From positions 40,920-104,919 of the forward strand of contig JAGVBB010000003.1 of assembly GCA_020059915.1 (NCBI GenBank): a DNA stretch of 64,000 nt, given 5' to 3'. Position numbers and translations under genes: made by a program. The notes under the pieces were generated by a model that saw only the letters and a program-made list of their open reading frames with translations, ran no database searches and had not been told where the DNA came from. The stretch comes from Minisyncoccota bacterium (GTDB taxonomy: Bacteria > Patescibacteriota > Minisyncoccia > UBA6257 > GWB1-50-10). Below, piece after piece: positions 1 through 10,298 of this stretch (position 1 is the first letter of the stretch; every line of letters starts with the position of its first letter).

Positions 1-118
1 GACGTGGGTAGATATGGTGTTTTGTTTTCGCCCTTACTAATTTGTTTGTGTAAGGTTTTTTGCAAGCGTTGCATTTCTCTTTGTTTATCTTCCAAACCTT
101 TCCCATACAACGCCTCCA

Positions 119-325
119 TTATTTTAATTTGAAATAGTGATAAGGAAAGAAAAAAGGCCAGAGGAACCACATTTTAAGCAATCTTTTTTCCATTTGGTTC
201 ACAGTCAGGATGTCACCGTTTCTTATCATGTGTAATATCTTTTTTCGATACCAACACTCACTTATAAGGAGGCCGATAGCAAAATAAATGATGAGAATTA
301 CAAAAAAAACAAATAAATCTTCCAT
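119..325 (-). CDS. small hypothetical membrane protein
   Basis: 68-aa ORF with a hydrophobic N-terminus and no recognisable motif. It is intergenic-sized, so it may be spurious. Confidence 0.25.
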   Translation of the reverse strand: MEDLFVFFVILIIYFAIGLLISECWYRKKILHMIRNGDILTVNQMEKRLLKMWFLWPFFFPYHYFKLK

Positions 326-407
326 ATGTTCTCCCTTTTTTGTATATTTCAGTTTTTTTCTATATTATTGATTAAGTAAAAGTACATCGCTACCATACTA
401 TAAATTT

Positions 408-1403
408 ATGAAACTGTCCATAGGAATTGTTGGTCTACCCAACGTTGGGAAATCAACTCTGTTTACCATTCTCACAAAACAAAATGTTACTGTTGCAAAT
501 TATCCGTTTGCCACCATTGATCCAAATGTTGGTGTTGTTCCAGTACCAGATGAACGCCTTGAGGTTCTTACCACACTGTCATCTTCAAAAAAGATGATAC
601 CTGCTGTTGTCGAGTTTTATGACATTGCGGGATTGGTGAAGGGTGCATATAAGGGCGAGGGATTGGGAAATCAGTTCTTGGCAAATATACGAGAATGCAA
701 AGCGATTGTACAAGTACTTCGTTGTTTTAAAGACGCAGATATTATTCATGTTGAGGAGACAACAGATCCAGTTCGCGATCTGGATATTATTCTTACCGAA
801 CTTATTTTTAAAGATTTAGACACGGTTACAAAACGGCTTGAAAAATGTGAAAAAGATGTACGAACGGGAGATAAAAAAGCACAACATGATGCAGAAGTTC
901 TTCGTGCAGTGAAAACCGCACTTGAGGGAGGAAATTTATCAAAAGTATTTGCACATGAATCCATCGTAAAGGAATTGTCATTATTAACTGCGAAAGAGCA
1001 GATATTTTTATTAAACGGCGAAGAAGAAGATGTTCCATTGGAATTAAAAGAAAAGATAGCGGAACTTGGCGGACAATATCTAACTATGAATCTTGGACTT
1101 GCGGATGATGTATCACCAATTATCGTTAAAGCATATGAGGCGTTACATTTGATTAGCTTTCTTACTACTGGTGAAGATGAGACGCGTGCTTGGACTATTG
1201 AGCGCGGAGCAAAGGCTCCGGAAGCAGCAGGTGCCATACACACTGATTTTGAACATAAATTCATTCGTGCTGAAGTGGTGAATTATAAGAAGCTTGTTGA
1301 GGCGGGTGGTTGGAATCAGGCAAAACAAAAAGGGTGGCTTCGATTGGAGGGAAAAGAATATGTAGTTGAGGACGGAGATGTGATGGTAATAAGGCATGGG
1401 TAA
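408..1403 (+). CDS. ychF: ribosome-binding ATPase YchF (Obg-family GTPase)
   Basis: N-terminal G1 motif GIVGLPNVGKSTLF, the YchF-type architecture and a C-terminal TGS-like region. A -10-like tactataaat lies upstream. Confidence 0.9.
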   Translation: MKLSIGIVGLPNVGKSTLFTILTKQNVTVANYPFATIDPNVGVVPVPDERLEVLTTLSSSKKMIPAVVEFYDIAGLVKGAYKGEGLGNQFLANIRECKAIVQVLRCFKDADIIHVEETTDPVRDLDIILTELIFKDLDTVTKRLEKCEKDVRTGDKKAQHDAEVLRAVKTALEGGNLSKVFAHESIVKELSLLTAKEQIFLLNGEEEDVPLELKEKIAELGGQYLTMNLGLADDVSPIIVKAYEALHLISFLTTGEDETRAWTIERGAKAPEAAGAIHTDFEHKFIRAEVVNYKKLVEAGGWNQAKQKGWLRLEGKEYVVEDGDVMVIRHG

Positions 1404-1650
1404 CCAATATATTTAATTCATTTTTCAGACACAGAATATCCGCCTGCTGGTGTATTTCTTTTCCCTCGGCAACCTTCGTTGCCTGCGGGATATTCTTCAA
1501 AATGAATTAAATATATTAGTCTTTTTATTAGGGCGACGCCCAAGTCTTAGTACAAAAAATATATAGACAAAAAACTTATTATTTTGGGAAAATTTTTTTA
1601 ACAATCTTCGTTGCCTGCGGGATATTCTTCAAAATGAATTAAATATATAA
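1404..1650. repeat. intergenic inverted-repeat/direct-repeat complex (MITE-like)
   Basis: An 18-nt perfect inverted repeat, atatatttaattcatttt at 1406-1423 versus aaaatgaattaaatatat at about 1500-1517. A 43-nt direct repeat, cttcgttgcctgcgggatattcttcaaaatgaattaaatatat, occurs at 1475-1517 and 1607-1649. Confidence 0.6.
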
Positions 1651-1717
1651 GCTGTTTTTATTAAGTGGAAAAATAATTGGTTTTAAATTAGATGAGTAGA
1701 GTATATACTAATTAAGA

Positions 1718-2473
1718 ATGTACGAACTAAAGCTTGATCAATATCAAGGACCGCTTGATAAGTTATTAGAACTTATTGAGTCAAAGAAAATGGAGATTAA
1801 TACGATTTCTCTTGCACTTGTTACTGCGGATTTTTTGCATTATTTGGAGGGTTTCAAGGTTAATTTTGGAATTAATGAAGCATTACCAGATGAAGCACAA
1901 TATAATGTGCCACTTGAATTACTTGCAGATTTTCTTGTAGTTGCATCTCGTTTACTACTTATAAAATCAAAAACGTTGTTACCATCTCTTGAACTTACCA
2001 GTGATGAGCAGGAGGAAATAAAAGATTTAGAGTTACGTTTGAAGTTGTACCAAGAATTTAAAAAAACACAGGAATATATACGGGTATATTGGAGTGATGT
2101 GCCAAAGATCTACACGAGAGAGTTTATGCAATCAAGTCAGGCGCTTTTTTATCCTCCCGCGCATGTTGGTCCACATGAACTTCTTGGTGCAATATTAAAA
2201 ATTTCAGGAAATCTTGAGGCATCAATGGTCCCGAAGGTTCGTGTAAAGAATCAGATTATTAACCTTCGTGCAAAGATTGAGGAGGTTATCAGAAAACTTA
2301 CCAATGTGCCACAAAAATTAAAGGAACTTCACGGGGAAGGGAATCGTGGTGAGCTCGTTGTGTTGTTTCTTGCAATTTTGCATCTCATAAAACAACAATT
2401 GGTGACGGTGGAACAAGGCAAACATTTTGAGGATATTACAATTGCGAAGTCAGAGGATATAAAGGTAGAATAA
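1718..2473 (+). CDS. scpA: segregation and condensation protein A
   Basis: N-terminal LDQYQGPLDKLLELIE kleisin motif. It sits immediately upstream of scpB. Confidence 0.8.
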   Translation: MYELKLDQYQGPLDKLLELIESKKMEINTISLALVTADFLHYLEGFKVNFGINEALPDEAQYNVPLELLADFLVVASRLLLIKSKTLLPSLELTSDEQEEIKDLELRLKLYQEFKKTQEYIRVYWSDVPKIYTREFMQSSQALFYPPAHVGPHELLGAILKISGNLEASMVPKVRVKNQIINLRAKIEEVIRKLTNVPQKLKELHGEGNRGELVVLFLAILHLIKQQLVTVEQGKHFEDITIAKSEDIKVE

Positions 2474-2477
2474 CTAT

Positions 2478-3083
2478 ATGGATATTGTTTCAAAACTTGA
2501 GGCATTATTGTTTTATTATGGGGAACCAGTATCTCGTTCAACAATTGCCCATTTATTACAATTAAACGAAGAAGAGTGCAATGAGGTGGTTTCTCGATAT
2601 GGAAAAATACTTTCAGATTCCGCAGAACGGGGTCTAACACTTTTGTATAAGGGAAATACAATCCAACTTGCAACAAAGCCGGAATTAAAAGAAATTGGTG
2701 AGGCAATTGTTAAGGATGAATTTCGTGAGTCGCTTACCCCCGCAGCACTTGAAACGTTAGCACTTGTTGCATATCTTGGACCAACAACACGCGCAACAGT
2801 CGATTATATACGTGGTGTCAATTCAAGTTATTCAATGAGAAATCTTTCTATGCGAGGACTTGTTGAACGTGGTGAAGAAAAAGGAATGTCATTCCAATAT
2901 AGTATTACGGAGGAATTTTTGAAACACATGGGACTTTCTCATGTTCAATCACTACCAGAATATAGTCGATATCACACACTCCTCGAAACGTTTGCACGAA
3001 CACAGGAGGATGGATCGGAAGAAAAGAGTGAGGTGATACCAAGTGCGACGCCATTTGATTCGGCTGAACATCCGAAGGAGTAA
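2478..3083 (+). CDS. scpB: segregation and condensation protein B
   Basis: LEALLFYYGEPVS motif and winged-helix ScpB pattern. It is translationally coupled to scpA. Confidence 0.8.
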   Translation: MDIVSKLEALLFYYGEPVSRSTIAHLLQLNEEECNEVVSRYGKILSDSAERGLTLLYKGNTIQLATKPELKEIGEAIVKDEFRESLTPAALETLALVAYLGPTTRATVDYIRGVNSSYSMRNLSMRGLVERGEEKGMSFQYSITEEFLKHMGLSHVQSLPEYSRYHTLLETFARTQEDGSEEKSEVIPSATPFDSAEHPKE

Positions 3084-4009
3084 TGTCCATGAAAGTACAC
3101 GCGCAATTTTTTTTTCTTATTTGTCTGCTTATTGTGGGAATTATTGTTTCAAATTTTCTTTTTAGTAATAAAAAAAAAGATGACACTAAAAAGAATACGA
3201 CAGAAAATGTCGTTATAGAACAAAAACAGGAACTAAAGAAATATCCATCCAGAAATTGGGATGTTCCAGATCTTAATGTTGATGCTGAGGGCGTTATGGT
3301 TTATTCATTGGATTCAAATTTTTCTTATTTAAATTTCAGAACTTATGGAAAATGGCCCATTGCCTCAATTACAAAACTTTTGACTGCAGTAGTCTTTATT
3401 GAAGATATTGGCATTCAAAAGAAAGTTCCAATATCAAAGACAGCGTTGGAAACTGAAGGCTATTCTGGTGGTTTTCGAAGTGGGGAGGCATATAGAGGGC
3501 AAGATCTTGTTACTGTTATGTTAGTTACATCGTCCAATGATGCCGCAACAGCAATTGAAGAATATGCGGGTGGACGAGAAGCATTCATTAATCTATTGAA
3601 CGCCAAGGCAGTACTTCTTGGAATGAACGACACAAGCTTTGAAGATGCATCTGGTCTTTCTCCAAAAAATCTTTCAACACCAAATGACCTCATAAAGCTT
3701 GCGCGATATATTGCAGAAAAGCATCCAGAAATTTTAGGATGGACAAGATTGCAAAGTTTTATATCACAACCAACGAATAGTGCCGAGAGTAATGTTATTT
3801 ATAATGTAAATCCATTTGCAAGTGACTTCTCTTTTTTGGGTGGAAAAACAGGTACTTCACCTGAGGCGCGTGAGAATATTCTTGGTTTTTTTACCTATAA
3901 GGGCGAGCGGGTAATTTGTATTATTTTAGGAAGTCGTGATAGGGTAAAGGCAAAAGAGGAGATATTCAAGTGGATCGATTTGGCATATACCATAGAACAA
4001 AAAAACTAA
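3083..4009 (+). CDS. D-alanyl-D-alanine carboxypeptidase (peptidase S11, PBP5-like)
   Basis: SxxK motif (SITKLL), SxN motif (SSND), KTG motif (KTGTS) and an N-terminal membrane anchor. Confidence 0.75.
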   Translation: MSMKVHAQFFFLICLLIVGIIVSNFLFSNKKKDDTKKNTTENVVIEQKQELKKYPSRNWDVPDLNVDAEGVMVYSLDSNFSYLNFRTYGKWPIASITKLLTAVVFIEDIGIQKKVPISKTALETEGYSGGFRSGEAYRGQDLVTVMLVTSSNDAATAIEEYAGGREAFINLLNAKAVLLGMNDTSFEDASGLSPKNLSTPNDLIKLARYIAEKHPEILGWTRLQSFISQPTNSAESNVIYNVNPFASDFSFLGGKTGTSPEARENILGFFTYKGERVICIILGSRDRVKAKEEIFKWIDLAYTIEQKN

Positions 4010-4015
4010 TTTATT

Positions 4016-5062
4016 ATGATTGCATTTGAAGGAATTCGTATACTTATTTTATTTGCACTTTCTTTTGTTGTTGCACTTTTTATTACTCCGTTTGTGCTCA
4101 AACTCCTTATGAAGTTTGGCATAAAGAAGAAAAATATACGCGATGCAACGACTGCTCCCATATTCCATCAGTTTCATAAAAATAAAGGAGAAACACCAAC
4201 TATGGGTGGTGTTATTATTTGGGGCACGGTGGTTGTCCTTGGATTATTGTTTTTTGTTTTAAGTCAGTTATTTGGCGGATTTGCTAACTATTTTAATTTT
4301 GTAAGCAGATCGGAAACATATCTTCCTTTGGGATATTTATTATTTGCTGCGATAGTTGGACTTATTGATGATTTTCTTGGCGTCTTGCGTATTGGTCCTA
4401 AAGGAGGAGGACTTAGTATGCGTCACAAAATTATCATGTATACCATTGTTTCTGCGGTTGGTGCTTGGTGGTTTTATTTCCGTTTGGGATGGAACACACT
4501 CTTTATTCCATTCATTGGAGATATTACTATCGGATGGTGGTACATTCCACTGTTTATGTTTGTCATTATTGCGTCCGCATTTTCTACTAATGAAACTGAT
4601 GGACTTGATGGACTTGCTGGGGGAACTTTATTTTTCATTTTTGGTGCGTTTGCGGTAATTGCATTTACATTAAAACACTTTGATCTTGCTGCAATGAATG
4701 TAGTGATTCTTGGAGCGCTTCTTGCATTTCTTTGGTTCAATATTTATCCCGCGAAATTTTTCATGGGTGATACGGGGTCAATGTCGTTGGGAATTACTGT
4801 GGGTGCTATGGCGATGTTAACCAATACTGTATTTTTTCTTCCTTTCTTTGGCGCAATTCTTGTATTTGAGTCAGTTACGGTGATTATCCAAATGATTAGT
4901 AAAAAGATAAGAAAAAAGAAAATATTTCTTTCTACTCCCATCCACCATCATTTTGAGGCTATCGGATGGCCAGAAACGCAAATTACTATGCGATTTTGGT
5001 TCATCACTGCAGTTACTACAACCATTGGTCTCGCATTATTCTTTATTGCGCGGTTTATATAA
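4016..5062 (+). CDS. mraY: phospho-N-acetylmuramoyl-pentapeptide transferase
   Basis: Polytopic membrane protein with the MraY signature motifs MGDTGS and HHHFE. Confidence 0.9.
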   Translation: MIAFEGIRILILFALSFVVALFITPFVLKLLMKFGIKKKNIRDATTAPIFHQFHKNKGETPTMGGVIIWGTVVVLGLLFFVLSQLFGGFANYFNFVSRSETYLPLGYLLFAAIVGLIDDFLGVLRIGPKGGGLSMRHKIIMYTIVSAVGAWWFYFRLGWNTLFIPFIGDITIGWWYIPLFMFVIIASAFSTNETDGLDGLAGGTLFFIFGAFAVIAFTLKHFDLAAMNVVILGALLAFLWFNIYPAKFFMGDTGSMSLGITVGAMAMLTNTVFFLPFFGAILVFESVTVIIQMISKKIRKKKIFLSTPIHHHFEAIGWPETQITMRFWFITAVTTTIGLALFFIARFI

Positions 5063-5089
5063 AAATTGAATACGATATAATACATAGAG

Positions 5090-6598
5090 ATGGCCGTTCT
5101 CATAAAAAATGGCTTGGTGTATGACGGTTTAGGAAATCCTCCAGAACGGAAGGATGTTCTTATTCGTGGTCAGTTTATTGCGAAAATTGGAACGTTATCT
5201 CGTTCGCATGCCGATGAGGTTATTGATGCACACAGTATGTATGTTACGCCCGGTTGTATAGATGTGACATCCCACTCTGATCACCATTACTCGCTTTTTA
5301 ATGAACCAAATCAAGAGGATCTTCTTTCACAAGGAATAACCTCCATTATTGGTGGTAACTGCGGATTTTCTTTAGCTCCGTTATTTGGAGTGTTACCAGA
5401 TATTACTACCGAATGGGGAAGTATCAATGGGATAAATGTTAATTGGAAAACAGTTAAAGAGTTTCTTGGTTATTTTAAAGAACATCCACTTGGTGTTAAT
5501 TTCGGAACGCTTGTTGGCTACACAGGATTACGGAGAGGGACAACAAAAGATCGTTTTAGAGATTTAACAGATGGAGAACTTATTTCTATTGAACGCATGG
5601 TTGATATATCTATAAAAGAAGGCGCTCTTGGGGTTTCGTTTGGTTTAGAACATATTCATGGAATGAGAACGCCATTTTATGAAATTGAACGTATTGCTCG
5701 GACAGTATCACGAAACAAGGGAATTTGTTCAATTCATATGCGTGATATGCGGGAAGGAATCAAAAAATCTGTTGAAGAAAGTGTTTCTATTGCAGAAAAA
5801 ACAGGATGTGGAATACACATCAGCCACATGCAGCCGTTAAAAAAATATAACAAACAGTATATTGAAGCACTCTCATATTTATCAAGTCACGCACATGTTA
5901 CCAATATTCATTTTGATATAAATACATTTGATACAATCCCGATACTGTTATATGAATTATTGCCGGTGTGGGCCCAGGAAGAATCAAGTAAAAAAATGAA
6001 AGAGAATTTATGTGTAGATGGATTTCGTACACGACTTCTTGAGTATATTAAAAAGACAGCCGCTCGGGACTATGTCATAAGTCACGTTCCTGATCGAACA
6101 CTCAAGTTTTTTGAAGGAAAATCAATGCGTGAACTAGCAATGCGTGCGGGTGTGTCTTATGAGGAGATGATTGTGAATGTTATGTATGCAACACAGTTTA
6201 GAGCCACCGCCAGTGTAAAAATTGTTGATACTGATACTATTGAGCAGGCGGTTGCGCATTCACAATCGGTGATATCATCAAATAGCGCTGCATTTGGAAA
6301 AAAAGAATTTAAGCAAAATCAGGGGACGCATACATTCCCAGAATTCTTTTCTTTTGTTGAGAAAAAGAAAATAATTCCCATGGAAAAAGCTGTTGAAAAA
6401 ACATCAAGTATTCCAGCAAAGGAGTTTGGTATTAACAAACGTGGAGTTATATCTGAGGGAAATTATGCTGATATTGTGCTTTGGTCAAATAACAAGCCGG
6501 TCCAAACATTTGTTAATGGGTTGTGTGCCTGGTCTGCAGAAATTGGGTGTAACAATGTACGAAATGGGACGATATTAGAATCAATAAAAAAACAATGA
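5090..6598 (+). CDS. amidohydrolase-family protein (D-aminoacylase-like)
   Basis: N-terminal IKNGLVYDG pattern and metal-binding motif PGCIDVTSHSDHH typical of N-acyl-D-amino-acid deacylases. It occupies the position where murD usually sits. Confidence 0.6.
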   Translation: MAVLIKNGLVYDGLGNPPERKDVLIRGQFIAKIGTLSRSHADEVIDAHSMYVTPGCIDVTSHSDHHYSLFNEPNQEDLLSQGITSIIGGNCGFSLAPLFGVLPDITTEWGSINGINVNWKTVKEFLGYFKEHPLGVNFGTLVGYTGLRRGTTKDRFRDLTDGELISIERMVDISIKEGALGVSFGLEHIHGMRTPFYEIERIARTVSRNKGICSIHMRDMREGIKKSVEESVSIAEKTGCGIHISHMQPLKKYNKQYIEALSYLSSHAHVTNIHFDINTFDTIPILLYELLPVWAQEESSKKMKENLCVDGFRTRLLEYIKKTAARDYVISHVPDRTLKFFEGKSMRELAMRAGVSYEEMIVNVMYATQFRATASVKIVDTDTIEQAVAHSQSVISSNSAAFGKKEFKQNQGTHTFPEFFSFVEKKKIIPMEKAVEKTSSIPAKEFGINKRGVISEGNYADIVLWSNNKPVQTFVNGLCAWSAEIGCNNVRNGTILESIKKQ

Positions 6599-7722
6599 AG
6601 AAAATAAGAATTCCCAAAAGTGGAAGCCCAGATTTTGTTTTTTTAGGGTTTTTAATTATTCTTGTTATTTTTGGTTTGGTAATGCTCACGAGTGCATCTT
6701 CTGATATTGCCAAATTAGAAAGTGGGGATAGTATGTATTATTTAAAACACCAAATGCTGAATGGACTTTCTATTGGCATGTTTGGTTTCCTTGTTGGATA
6801 CTTTTTGTATTATCGTATTTGGGAAAAAATTTCTATACCACTTTTGGTGGTCGGTATTATTGGTCTTTGTCTTGTTTTTACCCCATTAGTGATGAGTGTT
6901 AAGGGAGGGGATAGATGGGTTGATTTAAAGTTATTTTCTTTCCAACCTGGAGAATTTATGAAACTTGCGTTTCTTGTATACCTTTCTGCTTGGGTGGGGA
7001 AAAACCAGGAACGAGGAAAAAGTTTTTTTGGAGGATTTTTACCGTTTATGGTTCTTGTTGGTGCGGTGATGTTACTTCTTGTTTTCCAACCAGCAACATC
7101 CACAGCAGCATTAATATTTGGTGCATCGATTATTACCTATTTTGTTGCGGGAGCAAAGCCAAGATTTTTTGTTGCTATGGTGTTGATAGGGGCACTTTCT
7201 TTTTCCGCACTAGTATTTTTTGATACAAATGATGCTGGAGAAAATTATCGCCTTAAACGTATCATGACATTTCTCCATCCTGAGGATGACCCATTAAACA
7301 AAGGATATCACATCAACCAGGCTCTCAACGCAATTGGTTCTGGAGAAGTGTTTGGTGTTGGTTTTGGTAAATCGACAACAAAGCTCCATTATCTTCCCGA
7401 GCCGATTGGAGATTCAATTTTTGCTGTTATAGCAGAGGAACTTGGATTTGTCGGTGCAGTTGGATTTCTTCTTTTTTTCCTGGCATTTCTATGGCGAGGG
7501 TTTCGGATTGCTACCCGCGCCCCGGACAATTTTGGAAAACTACTTGTTACAGGCTTTATGAGTGTTTTAGGACTCCAGGCATTTGTGAATATCGGTGCGA
7601 TTTCTGGAGTTATACCACTCACTGGTGTTCCACTTCCATTTGTAAGTTATGGTGGAACCGCTCTCGCAATATTTCTTACTATGTCTGGAATTATCATGAA
7701 TGTTTCAAAATATAGACGATAA
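6595..7722 (+). CDS. ftsW: SEDS-family peptidoglycan polymerase FtsW/RodA
   Basis: Ten-TM profile with the conserved C-terminal motif GVIPLTGVPLPFVSYGGT. Confidence 0.8.
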   Translation: MKKIRIPKSGSPDFVFLGFLIILVIFGLVMLTSASSDIAKLESGDSMYYLKHQMLNGLSIGMFGFLVGYFLYYRIWEKISIPLLVVGIIGLCLVFTPLVMSVKGGDRWVDLKLFSFQPGEFMKLAFLVYLSAWVGKNQERGKSFFGGFLPFMVLVGAVMLLLVFQPATSTAALIFGASIITYFVAGAKPRFFVAMVLIGALSFSALVFFDTNDAGENYRLKRIMTFLHPEDDPLNKGYHINQALNAIGSGEVFGVGFGKSTTKLHYLPEPIGDSIFAVIAEELGFVGAVGFLLFFLAFLWRGFRIATRAPDNFGKLLVTGFMSVLGLQAFVNIGAISGVIPLTGVPLPFVSYGGTALAIFLTMSGIIMNVSKYRR

Positions 7723-7727
7723 ACAAT

Positions 7728-8870
7728 ATGAGAAGAACAAAAAAAATTAGAATTGGTTTTACTGGTGGGGGAACAGGCGGACATATATATCCATTACTTG
7801 CTGTGTGTGATGAGTTTTTAGCAAAACGCGGTGTGTATGATGACACAATTGTTGAAATGCACTATTTTGGAGATCCAGGAATATATCAAAACGAATTTGA
7901 ATTTAGAAATATACACGTGCATCCGATTATCGGAAGTAGATTGCGCAGGTATATGTCTGTTCAAAACATTTTTGATATTCCGAAGTTTTTTCTCAGCATC
8001 TTTCAATCTCTTGTCATTATGCTTTTTACCATGCCAGATGTTTTGTTTTCAAAAGGCGGACCAGGATCTGTTCCTGTTGTGTTATCTGCATGGTGGTACA
8101 GAATCCCCGTAATAATTCATGAATCAGATGCCGTTCCTGGTTTGGGAAACCGTATATCTTCAAAATTTGCAAAACGTATTTGTGTGGCGTTTTCTGAATC
8201 AAAAACATTTTTTCCTGAGTCAAAAGTTTCTCTTACGGGAAATCCTATTCGAAAAGAACTTCTTGGAAATCGTATGTCAAAAGAAGGAGCAAAAAATTTT
8301 TGGCGCATGAATGAAAAACTTCCATTGGTACTTGTGCTTGGTGGTTCACAGGGATCCCAGCGAATAAATTCACTGATTATTGAAAATCTCGCAGAATTAC
8401 TCGGAGATATACAGATATTGCACCAGGTTGGTAAACATAACTATCAGGACATAGAAATGTCTATGAAGGAAATTATGGCGCCAGTCCCTCGAGAATTTCG
8501 TGATAGATATCGCGCAGTTGGTTTTATGGATGTTGAGGAAATGAAACATGCCTTTTCATCCGCAAATGTTGTTGTTTCGCGTGCTGGTTCTGGGGCAATA
8601 TTTGAAATTGCATCGTTTAATGTGCCAGCGGTGCTCATACCACTCAAAGAGTCAGCGGGAGACCATCAGCGAGTGAATGCCTATGCATATTCAAAGATTA
8701 GTCGTGCACAAGTTCTTGAGGAGGAAAACATGACTGTACATGAATTACAATCAAGAATTCATAGAGAACTTCAGAATGGACAACCAACGGAATCATCTCC
8801 AAACCAATTTTTTATACAAAATTCATCGCAATTGATTGTTCAGGAAATTAATCGTTATATAGCAAATTAA
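7728..8870 (+). CDS. murG: UDP-GlcNAc--lipid I N-acetylglucosaminyltransferase
   Basis: N-terminal IGFTGGGTGGHIYPLLAV glycine-rich loop. GT28 architecture. Confidence 0.85.
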   Translation: MRRTKKIRIGFTGGGTGGHIYPLLAVCDEFLAKRGVYDDTIVEMHYFGDPGIYQNEFEFRNIHVHPIIGSRLRRYMSVQNIFDIPKFFLSIFQSLVIMLFTMPDVLFSKGGPGSVPVVLSAWWYRIPVIIHESDAVPGLGNRISSKFAKRICVAFSESKTFFPESKVSLTGNPIRKELLGNRMSKEGAKNFWRMNEKLPLVLVLGGSQGSQRINSLIIENLAELLGDIQILHQVGKHNYQDIEMSMKEIMAPVPREFRDRYRAVGFMDVEEMKHAFSSANVVVSRAGSGAIFEIASFNVPAVLIPLKESAGDHQRVNAYAYSKISRAQVLEEENMTVHELQSRIHRELQNGQPTESSPNQFFIQNSSQLIVQEINRYIAN

Positions 8871-8889
8871 ATTCGACTGGGTCAAAAAG

Positions 8890-10296
8890 GTGAGGTATAC
8901 TATACCTATGAGTGTACGGGTACGATTTGCACCCTCTCCAACAGGGTTTCTGCATATTGGGGGTGTGAGAACTGCATTATTTAACTGGCTTTTTGCAAAA
9001 AAAGAAGGTGGCAAGTTTATTTTGCGTATTGAAGATACTGATAAGGAGCGCTCTGAAAAGCGCTTTGAAGAAGATATTTTGAAGAATTTTGAGTGGTTTG
9101 GTATTTATTCTGATGAGCCAATATGGCGACAAAGTGAGCGCATTCATATTTATAAAAAATATCTTGAGCAACTCCTTCATGATGGAAAGGCATATTATTG
9201 TTTTTGTACGGAGGATGATTTAGAGGCAGAATACCAGGCACAGATGAGTCAAGGAATGGCTCCAAAATACAGTGGACGATGTCGTTCAATTCCTAAAGAA
9301 GAAGCGGAAGAGCGCGCGAAAAAAGAACATGCAGTTATCCGTATCAAAATGCCAGACGTAGTAGTTCAGTTTTCTGATGTGGTTCGAGGAAAAGTAAGCT
9401 TTGATACAAAATTATTTGGTGACATTATCATTGCAAAGGGTCTTGAAGATCCATTGTATAACTTTGCTGTAGTTGTTGATGATCATGAAACTCAGATCAC
9501 ACACGTTATTCGAGGTGAAGAACATCTTCCAAACACACCAAAGCAGATTGTTATTCAAGAAGCACTTGGTTTTCCAAGTGTACAATATGGACACCTTCCT
9601 TTAATACTTGATACAACCAAAAAGAAGCTTTCAAAACGGTTTCTTCAAGATTCACTGAATCAATATAGGGTTGATGGATATCTACCTTCGGCAATCTTAA
9701 ATTTCTTAGTATTACTTGGTTGGCATCCAGAAAATGACAGAGAAGTGTTGACTATAGAAGAAATGAAAAAAGAGTTTTCCTTAAAGCGTGTGCAAAAAGG
9801 TGGTGCGGTATATAATCCAGAAAAACTTGATTGGTTGAATGCAATGCATATACGAATGCTGCCACTCCCTGATCTAGTTGAACACATAGTGTCGTTTGCT
9901 CCAGAGGCATGGAGATCTGACAAGGAAAAACTAGCGCGTGCTGTTGAGGTTTGTCGTGATCGTATGAAACGTCTTCATGATTTTATTAGTGAGGCGAAGT
10001 CATTTTTTGAAGTGGTAGATTATGATTCCAAACTTCTTGCCTGGAAAGATGTTTCTTTAGAAGAGTCAAAAAAACATTTAGAACATATATTGGAGATTCT
10101 CAAAAATGATGATGGGCAGGTGGATTCACACATTATGAATTATGCGCATACTGAAGGAAAGGGAAATGTATTATGGCCACTTCGTGTTTCTTTATCTGGT
10201 CTCCAAAATTCACCGGGGCCACTCGAAATATTAAAAGTAATTGGAACAGATGATGCCATCAAGAGAATTTCTGTGGCAATTGGGAAGATTTCTTAA
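8890..10296 (+). CDS. gltX: glutamyl-tRNA synthetase
   Basis: HIGH-type motif PSPTGFLHIGG and KMSKS-type motif KLSKR. Confidence 0.9.
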   Translation: MRYTIPMSVRVRFAPSPTGFLHIGGVRTALFNWLFAKKEGGKFILRIEDTDKERSEKRFEEDILKNFEWFGIYSDEPIWRQSERIHIYKKYLEQLLHDGKAYYCFCTEDDLEAEYQAQMSQGMAPKYSGRCRSIPKEEAEERAKKEHAVIRIKMPDVVVQFSDVVRGKVSFDTKLFGDIIIAKGLEDPLYNFAVVVDDHETQITHVIRGEEHLPNTPKQIVIQEALGFPSVQYGHLPLILDTTKKKLSKRFLQDSLNQYRVDGYLPSAILNFLVLLGWHPENDREVLTIEEMKKEFSLKRVQKGGAVYNPEKLDWLNAMHIRMLPLPDLVEHIVSFAPEAWRSDKEKLARAVEVCRDRMKRLHDFISEAKSFFEVVDYDSKLLAWKDVSLEESKKHLEHILEILKNDDGQVDSHIMNYAHTEGKGNVLWPLRVSLSGLQNSPGPLEILKVIGTDDAIKRISVAIGKIS

Positions 10297-10298
10297 TC

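Noticed and set aside
746-1500. Minus-strand track ORFs (746-1264, 826-1038, 1143-1397, 1261-1500) inside and opposite ychF
   Set aside because: They are embedded antisense to a strongly supported conserved gene. They have no motifs and are typical shadow ORFs.
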